From Myxococcota bacterium (GTDB lineage: Bacteria; Myxococcota_A; UBA9160; SZUA-336), in assembly GCA_965247115.1 (NCBI GenBank), contig CBDFGR010000003.1:2208001-2272000 (forward strand): 64,000 nt of DNA, in the 5' to 3' direction. The position numbers and the translations under genes were made by a program. The first letter of the stretch is position 1. Every line of letters begins with the position of its first letter. The notes below the pieces were generated by a model. The model saw nothing but the letters and a program-made list of their open reading frames with translations. It searched no databases and was not told where the DNA came from. Below are positions 57,330 through 64,000 of the stretch, piece by piece.

Positions 57330-59228
57330 GTGCGACGTGTGGTCTTCGTCGCTGGCGGACTGCTGCTGGCACTCGGCCTGGTCGTCGTCGCGTTGCTGCT
57401 GCTGGTCGATCCGGAGGAGCTGCGCGAGCCGATCCTGGAACGAGCAGGCCTCGCCCTGGGACGCGAGATCCAGCTCGGGGAGCTCGACCTCGCCCTGTTT
57501 CCGCCTGCCCTGCGCGCGCGAGACATCCGCATTGCGGGACACGCGGCCGAGGACCCGCCCCTGGCCGAGGTCGCCGAGCTGCGGCTGAGGATCTCGGCGC
57601 TCGCCCTGCTCGCGGGTCGTGTCGTGCTCCGTGCGGTCGCTGTGGACAGCCCGCGGCTCCGCATTCCGCTCGATGCCGAGGGCATGCCCGACCTGGCGAA
57701 GCTCCCTGGCGCGTCGACTGGAGAGCCAGCGTCGGAGCCTGGCGCGGATGTCGGCGCGCCGCTCACGCTTGCCGTGCAGACCCTGACGATCAACGATGCG
57801 GAGCTCGAGGCGGGACCCTGGCGCGTGGAGGGTGCGAGTGCGCGGGGCTCCCTCGAGCTGGACGGGAGCGGCGAGCTCTTTTTCGACGCCGATCTCCCTG
57901 GCATCGGCACGCTGCGCGCTGGCCGCGTCCTCGTGGCCGGACTGGGAACCGACGAGCTCGCCGCGACGATCAGCAGTGAGCTCGGACTCGACCTCGCCCC
58001 GCTGGCCGAGCGGCTCGAGCTCGATCCCGTAGAGGGGCGGGTCGCGGGTCCCGCCTCGGCCACGTTCGAGGCCGGACAGCTGGCCGGCGCCGATGCCCAC
58101 CTGGAGGTCGCGGACCTGCGGGTGCAGCGGGGAGATATGGGTCTTCAGGGCGACATCGGCGCGGACGCCAGCCTGCGCGGAGAGGGTCCACTGGAGCTCA
58201 CGCTTCGCCTCGGCAGCAACGAGCTGCGCGTGCAGGTGGACCTCGCTGCGGCGACGCCCACGCTCGAGCTCCAGCCCGGCAGCATCGACCTCGAAGCGCT
58301 CGGGCCCTACCTGACAGGAGTGCCCGCTCTCTCCGGCCGACTCCAGCTCGACACCCTGCGCGTGCGCCCCGAGCCGCTGCAGGTGTCGGGGCTCCTGGGA
58401 CTCGAGGACGTCACGCTGCCCCTCGAGCAGGGCGAGGCGCGCCTATCGGGCTCGCTCGTCGGCGCTGGCAATGTGGTCCGCTTCGATGCGTCAGAGGTCC
58501 ACGTTGCCGGGGAGCCCGCGACGCTCTCGGGGAGCTACGATCTGGTAGCGGGCTCCGTCGCGCTGAACGTCGGCACCAGCGAGGCGAATGTCGGGGCGCT
58601 GCTGCAAGCGCTCATGGGAAGCTCGGAGCTCACTGGCAGCCTCACGTCCAGCGCCAGCCTGGCGGGTCCGCCAGAGCTCGAGAGCATCTCCGGTTCCGGC
58701 AGCTTCCGGATCGACGACGGACGCATCCAGGGTTTCTCGCTCTTGCAACAGGTCTTCGGAGACCTGGCGACGCTGCCCGTGCTGCTCGCTCAGCTGGAGG
58801 GGAAGGATCTCTCACGCTACGAGGAGGAACAGTTCGAGAGCCTGTCTGCGGACTACACGCTTGCAGACGCTCGGCTCAGCACCCAAAACCTCACGCTGGT
58901 CTACCGCAACGCGACCGCCTACCTGCGCGGAGGGATCGGCCTGGTGGACGGTGCGCTGGATCTCTCGGGTCGCGTGGTGCTCTCGCGAGAGGTGGACGAG
59001 GAGCTCGGCAAAGGCTCGCGTCGCCAGACCGTAATTCCCATCGCCGCCGTTGGAGGCACCGTCGACCGCCCGCGCCTGCGTCTGGACCGGCAGGCTCTCG
59101 CGGGCCTCGCGCTGGAATACGCTACTGGCTCCGATCGCCTGCAGGAGAAGATCGAGGAGGCGATTGGTGAGGAGGGCGCGGGCACGGTGAGGGATCTGCT
59201 CGACAGCCTGCTGCGCGGCAATCCATGA
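57330..59228 (+). CDS. AsmA family protein
   Basis: N-terminal TM helix, ALGREI..., beta-taco repeats, C-terminal G.IGL.DG.LDL...IP...GGTVDRP. Confidence 0.75.
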   Translation: MRRVVFVAGGLLLALGLVVVALLLLVDPEELREPILERAGLALGREIQLGELDLALFPPALRARDIRIAGHAAEDPPLAEVAELRLRISALALLAGRVVLRAVAVDSPRLRIPLDAEGMPDLAKLPGASTGEPASEPGADVGAPLTLAVQTLTINDAELEAGPWRVEGASARGSLELDGSGELFFDADLPGIGTLRAGRVLVAGLGTDELAATISSELGLDLAPLAERLELDPVEGRVAGPASATFEAGQLAGADAHLEVADLRVQRGDMGLQGDIGADASLRGEGPLELTLRLGSNELRVQVDLAAATPTLELQPGSIDLEALGPYLTGVPALSGRLQLDTLRVRPEPLQVSGLLGLEDVTLPLEQGEARLSGSLVGAGNVVRFDASEVHVAGEPATLSGSYDLVAGSVALNVGTSEANVGALLQALMGSSELTGSLTSSASLAGPPELESISGSGSFRIDDGRIQGFSLLQQVFGDLATLPVLLAQLEGKDLSRYEEEQFESLSADYTLADARLSTQNLTLVYRNATAYLRGGIGLVDGALDLSGRVVLSREVDEELGKGSRRQTVIPIAAVGGTVDRPRLRLDRQALAGLALEYATGSDRLQEKIEEAIGEEGAGTVRDLLDSLLRGNP

Positions 59229-60268
59229 GCTTCTTCACCCTGCGTCTCGCACCGGACGGTGTGGAGATGCTCGACCAGCGCGCGCTGCCCGGCGAGGAGA
59301 AGTACGAGCTGTTCAGGAGCGGTGAGGAAGTGGCTCGCGCCATCGAGGACATGGTCGTGCGAGGCGCACCGGCCATCGGTGTAGCAGCCGCGATGGGAGT
59401 CGCGGTAGAGCTGTCGCGCTGCCCGGATGATCAGCTCGGCGCGACGCTCGAGCGCACCCTGGAGCGACTCGCGCGCACGCGCCCGACCGCCGTGAATCTC
59501 TCCTGGGCGCTCGACCGGATCTCCTCGCACCTCCGGCGTCTGCTCGCGGAGGCCGTGGCCCCGGAGCAGCTGCGCGCCGAGGCCAGGGCGCTGGCCCAGG
59601 CCATGCACGACGAGGACGTGGCCACGTGTCGGGCCATCGGTGAGTGCGGCCTGGAGCTCTTCGCGCCGGGGGTGCGGGCGCTGACGCACTGCAACGCCGG
59701 CGCGCTCGCGACTGCAGGGTACGGCACGGCACTGGGCGTCATCCGCTCGGCTGCGCGCGAGGGACGGATCGAGCGCGTGCTCGCGTCCGAGACTCGGCCC
59801 TACCTGCAAGGCGCCCGGCTCACGGCCTGGGAACTCAGCCGGGACGACATTCCCGTGACTCTGATCACCGACTCCATGGGTGGGGCGCTGATGGCCCGGG
59901 GCGAGATCGACCTGGTGATCGTTGGAGCGGATCGTATCGCGCGGAACGGCGATGTCGCGAACAAGATCGGTACCTACAGCCTGGCGGTACTGGCGCACGC
60001 TCACGGCATCCCCTTCTACGTCGCGGCTCCACTCTCCACCGTCGATCCGAAGACCGCGACAGGAGCGGACATCCCGATCGAGGAGCGCAGCTCTGAGGAG
60101 GTCGTGGTGTTTGCCGGCCAGCGCATCACGCCGAAGGAGGTCTCGGCGCTTCACCCGGCCTTCGACGTGACGCCAGCCGCGTACATCAGCGCCATCGTGA
60201 CGGAGCGGGGAATCGCGCGCGCACCCTTCGAGCAGGGGCTCAGAGACTTACTGACCTCCGACCTCTGA
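59225..60268 (+). CDS. mtnA: S-methyl-5-thioribose-1-phosphate isomerase
   Basis: LDQR.LP, MVVRGAPAIG, TRPTAVNL, THCNAGALAT, ETRP.LQGARLT, ANKIGTY. Confidence 0.95.
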   Translation: MSFFTLRLAPDGVEMLDQRALPGEEKYELFRSGEEVARAIEDMVVRGAPAIGVAAAMGVAVELSRCPDDQLGATLERTLERLARTRPTAVNLSWALDRISSHLRRLLAEAVAPEQLRAEARALAQAMHDEDVATCRAIGECGLELFAPGVRALTHCNAGALATAGYGTALGVIRSAAREGRIERVLASETRPYLQGARLTAWELSRDDIPVTLITDSMGGALMARGEIDLVIVGADRIARNGDVANKIGTYSLAVLAHAHGIPFYVAAPLSTVDPKTATGADIPIEERSSEEVVVFAGQRITPKEVSALHPAFDVTPAAYISAIVTERGIARAPFEQGLRDLLTSDL

Positions 60269-60314
60269 CCGATAGAGCTGAGAGGTCCCAGGCTCTTCCG
60301 GAGGCGCGCCAGGC

Positions 60315-62163
60315 GTGGAAGTTCTGATCGCAGAAGACGACCGCGCGCTGTGTCGCTCGCTCGGGCGTGCGATCGAGAAGCTGGGCTACTCGGTCCGCCC
60401 CGTCCACGACGGGGCGGCCGCGCTGGAGGCGGTAAAGGATCAGCCTCCAGATCTCGTGCTGCTGGATCTTCTGCTGCCGAAGGTCGACGGGCTCGGAGTC
60501 GTGCAGAAGCTGCGTTCCGTCGATCGGACCCGCGATATTCCCATCATCGCGATGAGCGGCGTTTATCGCGGGAAGAGCGTCGCGCGCGACCTCGAGACCG
60601 CAGGCGTTGCCGTGTTCTTGGAGAAGCCCTTCTCCGCCCGCGATCTCGCCGGGCATCTGGAGCAACTGCTGGGCAAACCGGAGAAGGAGAAGCCGGCCGA
60701 GGTCGAACGGGAACGCGGCGACCTCACGACGCTCTCTGCGCCCCGTGTCCTCTGGGAGCCGATGCGCGACCGGAAGAGTGGCCTCATTCACTTTCAGTAC
60801 GGGAAGCGCCACAAGGAGCTGCTGCTGGAGCGGGGCGTGCCTCGTGCCGTCCGCTCCAACCTTGCCAAGGAGACCCTGGGACGGTGCTTGTTCGATGCAG
60901 GCCACATCGACGAGAGGGCGTACCAGGAGGCGCAACGGCGCTCCAGGGCCTCGGGGCAGCCGCAGGGGGCGCTACTCGTCAAGCTGGGTGCGATCCGGCC
61001 AGGTGCAGCTGGACCGTGCCCTGGCGGAGCAAGCGCGAGACAAGCTGCTCGACCTCCTGTCCTGGATCGAGGGCGAGACCTGGTTCGTGGAGGGCTCCGG
61101 TGGGAGCAGGCGGGGCAGCAAGGTCGAGGGCTGGACGCCCAGGCAGGTGATCGTTCAGGGCGCGGGGGTCATTCACCCCTCTGTGCTGGACCGCGAGCTC
61201 GGGCCCTATCACGGCTCCGACGTGTCGCCGGACGCTGAGGCTCTGAAGGGAGAGGAGCTCGGAGGCGCGGCGCAGGCCCTGCTCCAGGCCCTGCGCTCCG
61301 AGAAGCGAGTCAGCTCCTTGCTCCGAGATCACGCGTCCACCCTCTATGCCATGTGGCTCGTCGGCTGCGTGACCTTCACCGAGGTCGCGAAAGGAGCAGG
61401 TGCCCGCACTGCGCCAGCGTCGCGCGGGGGTGCCGAGGTGGCCGAAGAGCTGGCGCAGCTCAAGCGAAAGCAGAGGAAGCAGAACCACTTCGAGGTGCTC
61501 GGTCTCAGCACCAAGGCCACGACGGCGGACTCGCGCGAGGCCTTCGTAGAGCTCGCGAAGCGCTATCACCCCGACAAGCTCGGAGGCGCGAGCGCCGAGC
61601 TGCAGGCGCTCGCCTCGGAGGTGTTCGCGCGCATCTCGCAGGCGCACGAGGTCCTCAGCAATCCGGAGCAGCTCCGCAACTACCTGGATCAGCTCAGCAA
61701 AGGCAGCTCTTCCAAGGAGAGTAAGGCCGCGGTCACCAAGATTCTCTCTGCCGAGCAGCAGTTTCAAAAGGCCGAGGATCTCGTGAAGCGGCGCCAGTAC
61801 TCCGACGCGATCGACGCGCTCAACTGGGCTCTCAAGCTCGACCCCCAGGAGGGCGAGTTTTACGCGCTCATGGGCTGGGCCCGTTTCCTGCAAAATCCCG
61901 AGGACGCGAGTGTCCGGAGGGAGGCGCAGGAGCAGATCCAGAAGGCGACGAGCCTCGCCCCGAACTCGCCGAGCGGCTACTACTACCTTGCCAAGCTGCA
62001 CAAGGCTTGCGAAGAACCCACTCGGGCGGAGAGAATGTTCCGGAAGGTTCTGGAGTATCGCCCCACCCACGTCGAGGCCACTCAGGAGCTCCGCCTGATC
62101 GAGATGCGCAAGTCGAAGAGCGGGAGCAGCAAGACGCTCTTCGGCTTCGGAAAGAAGAAGTAG
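60315..62163 (+). CDS. response-regulator receiver + DUF4388-like + DnaJ + TPR protein, frameshifted near 60997
   Basis: REC domain (AEDD, LLDLLLP, EKPF) in frame 60315; the J-domain (YHPDK) and TPRs lie in frame 60607. Removing one C at ATC-C-GGC joins GAI to GQVQLDRAL. Confidence 0.75.
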
Positions 62164-62168
62164 CTGCA

Positions 62169-63086
62169 GTGGTCGACAAGACCGAACAGGTTTGGCTGAA
62201 CGGAGAGTTTGTCCCCTGGGACGAGGCGAGGGTCCCGATCCTCACGCACACTCTGCACTACGGGCTGGGTGTCTTCGAGGGGATCCGCTGCTATGAGTGC
62301 GACGACGGGTCCAGCGCAGTCTTCCGGTTAGACGAGCACCTCACTCGTCTCTACAACTCCGCGAAGATCGTCGAGCTGGAGATGCCGTACCCGGTCGAGC
62401 AGATCGCGAGCGCCATCAAGCAGACGCTGCGCGTCAACAGGCTGGCGGAGGGGTACATCCGCCCGATCGTCTATCTGGGCGAAGGGGCGATGGGTCTCCT
62501 GCCGACGGACAACCCCGTGCAGGTCGCACTCATCGTGTGGCCATGGGGGGCGTACCTCGGAGCGGAGGGCCTCGAGCGGGGCATTCGTGCCAAGGTGTCT
62601 TCCTACTCGCGGCATCACCCGAACGTGACCATGACCAAGTCGAAGACGTGCGGGGACTACGTCAACTCGATCCTGGCGAAGCGCGAGGTCACGCGTCTGG
62701 GCTACGACGAGGCCATCATGCTGGACACGACGGGTCTCGTGTCCGAGGCCACTGGCGAGAACCTGTTCATCGTCCGCGACGGGACCGTGAAGACGCCTCC
62801 CCCCGGGACGATCCTGGAGGGCATCACACGCGACGCCGTGATCCGGATCGCTCGCGACAAGGGGATCGAGGTCATGGAGCAGCCGGTCACGCGGGACGAG
62901 CTCTACAGCGCCGACGAGTGCTTCCTTACGGGAACTGCCGCCGAGGTCACGCCGATCCGCGAGGTGGACGATCGCGTGATTGGCAACGGCGCGCGCGGTG
63001 CCATCACGCGCACCCTCCAGGCGACCTACTTCGACGCGGTCAAGGGACGCGAGAGCAAGTACGACTCCTGGCTGACCCGGGTGTAG
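62169..63086 (+). CDS. ilvE: branched-chain amino acid aminotransferase
   Basis: HTLHYG.GVFEGIRCY, YIRP, KTCGDYVNS, SEATGEN, ILEGITR, TGTAAEVTP. Confidence 0.93.
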   Translation: MVDKTEQVWLNGEFVPWDEARVPILTHTLHYGLGVFEGIRCYECDDGSSAVFRLDEHLTRLYNSAKIVELEMPYPVEQIASAIKQTLRVNRLAEGYIRPIVYLGEGAMGLLPTDNPVQVALIVWPWGAYLGAEGLERGIRAKVSSYSRHHPNVTMTKSKTCGDYVNSILAKREVTRLGYDEAIMLDTTGLVSEATGENLFIVRDGTVKTPPPGTILEGITRDAVIRIARDKGIEVMEQPVTRDELYSADECFLTGTAAEVTPIREVDDRVIGNGARGAITRTLQATYFDAVKGRESKYDSWLTRV

Positions 63087-63101
63087 CTCGGGGAGCGCCT
63101 C

Positions 63102-63389
63102 GTGAGCGTCTGGTCGAGCTGCAGGATCGAGGTCCGAGCCGGAGAGGCGCTCGAGTTCGAGGACGACGATTGCGACGTTCGCCTCGAAGCCGGCAAGCTG
63201 ACGCTCACCTACTTCGACAGCGAAGGCCCCCTCGTCTTCATCGGGCTCGAGCAAGAGGACGGCTGCTTCGACCTGATCTGCCGCAGCCGCCCCCGCCGCG
63301 CCACCCTCCACCGCAACGGCGACACACTAACCGGTACCTGGCAAGAGGCCGACGCGACCGGAGCGTGGACCATCACCCTGCGCAAGTAG
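63102..63389 (+). CDS. hypothetical beta-rich protein
   Basis: 95-aa ORF with GGGGAG SD and strong GC3 pattern. Confidence 0.6.
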   Translation: MSVWSSCRIEVRAGEALEFEDDDCDVRLEAGKLTLTYFDSEGPLVFIGLEQEDGCFDLICRSRPRRATLHRNGDTLTGTWQEADATGAWTITLRK

Positions 63390-63413
63390 TCAGCCCGCCG
63401 CCCCCCCCACGCC

Positions 63414-63525
63414 GTCGGAGGTCGGGAACGTCCCCCGGAGGACTCCGCGCCTTGCGTGCACACAGAACTTGCTCCCCTCGAATACCGCTACCACAGTCCT
63501 CCGGAGGACGTTCCCGACCTCCGAC
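63414..63525. repeat. inverted-repeat element family C
   Basis: 31-bp arms GTCGGAGGTCGGGAACGTCC(C/T)CCGGAGGACT at 63414-63444 and 63495-63525, one mismatch. Confidence 0.8.
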
Positions 63526-63543
63526 TCCTTGCTAGCCTCGTTA

Positions 63544-63696
63544 GAACTTGGGGACGGTCCTTAATCCGAACTTACTCCGCGTGAGACGACCGCAGCGACG
63601 CCTAGACGAGCGAATGTGCCCAGGAGTCCCGCCAGAGTGACCAGAAGTTCCGACTTCGCCAAACAAGTTCGGTTCAAGGACCGTCCCCAAGTTCGG
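63544..63696. mobile_element. MITE/REPIN-like element family B, copy 2 (inverted relative to copy 1)
   Basis: Same TIRs (one arm with 2 mismatches) and homologous internal sequence. Confidence 0.8.
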
Positions 63697-63719
63697 ATTC
63701 CTGCGGGGTTTGGCAACCG

Positions 63720-63810
63720 TGCAAGCGCCGCGGAGCGGCGCGCGCAGCGAAGGGCGAAGCCCTGAGCGGAGGTGGGTGGCCGCGGCCGCCCGCGGCCGGG
63801 TCCCACAAGA
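63720..63810 (-). repeat. repeat family A, copy 4
   Basis: TGCAAGCGCCGC..CAGCGAAGGGCGAAGCCCTGAGCGGAGGTGGGTGGCCGCGG..GGGTCCCACAAGA. Confidence 0.85.
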
Positions 63811-63816
63811 CAAGAC

Positions 63817-64000
63817 CTACCCGATGGCGTAGCCGAAGATGGCGTCGAGGACGCGTTCTTGCTGGATGTCTTCCAGGTCGAATTCGATGGGGAGTAGGAG
63901 GCCCGTCGCGATGGCGCCGTCGGTGGCCGGGAGGACCGCGAGCTCGCGTTCCGCGACGGGGAGGCGGAGGCGGCGGGTCTCTATACCACCGTCGAGAAGC
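63817..64000 (-). CDS. 3' end of a gene entering from outside the window (possibly DegT/DnrJ aminotransferase-like C-terminus)
   Basis: ...GIETRRL...LPATDGAIATGLLLPIEFDLEDIQQERVLDAIFGYAIG*. Confidence 0.4.
   Translation of the reverse strand, partial: LLDGGIETRRLRLPVAERELAVLPATDGAIATGLLLPIEFDLEDIQQERVLDAIFGYAIG

Noticed and set aside
60251..60270. CTGACCT-CCGACCT-CTGACC heptamer repeat at the mtnA stop
   Set aside because: Under three units; too short to distinguish from chance

Overview
High-GC bacterial DNA. Gene content (a REC-DnaJ-TPR protein, long hflX, TPR/adenylate-cyclase debris, many amidohydrolase/LLM paralogs) suggests a Myxococcota/deltaproteobacteria-like genome; this is inference only. 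Two housekeeping blocks flank an accessory region. Block 1 (1-19 kb): NUDIX, hpt, PP2C, GNAT, uvrD/pcrA, glmS, glmU, GT2, hflX, fabH-like, phasin-like, acyl-CoA dehydrogenase, murQ, mutS2, FAD oxidoreductase, ACT protein. Block 2 (46.7-64 kb): ddl, larE, DEAD helicase, thiI, mutM, a PafA/Dop-like gene, gatCA, AsmA, mtnA, ilvE. The accessory region (~19.4-46.5 kb) carries catabolic enzymes, an ECF sigma/anti-sigma/PEGA module, a secreted FecR/coiled-coil/TPR-PDZ operon and many gene fragments. Most notable signals: (i) a perfect sigma54 promoter with upstream palindromes driving a ~100-nt two-hairpin non-coding RNA candidate with an anti-Shine-Dalgarno bulge; (ii) an orphan, apparently membrane-anchored Pup-ligase/deamidase homolog with no pup or proteasome genes in the window; (iii) a shared AGTAAG-N16-GCGTCTCA motif suggesting an ECF mini-regulon; (iv) three families of hairpin/inverted-repeat elements near gene 3' ends; (v) a recurrent TANNNT-N5/6-start signature of leaderless transcripts. 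No rRNA, tRNA, CRISPR array or transposase was recognised. All calls come from reading motifs by eye; no database searches were run.
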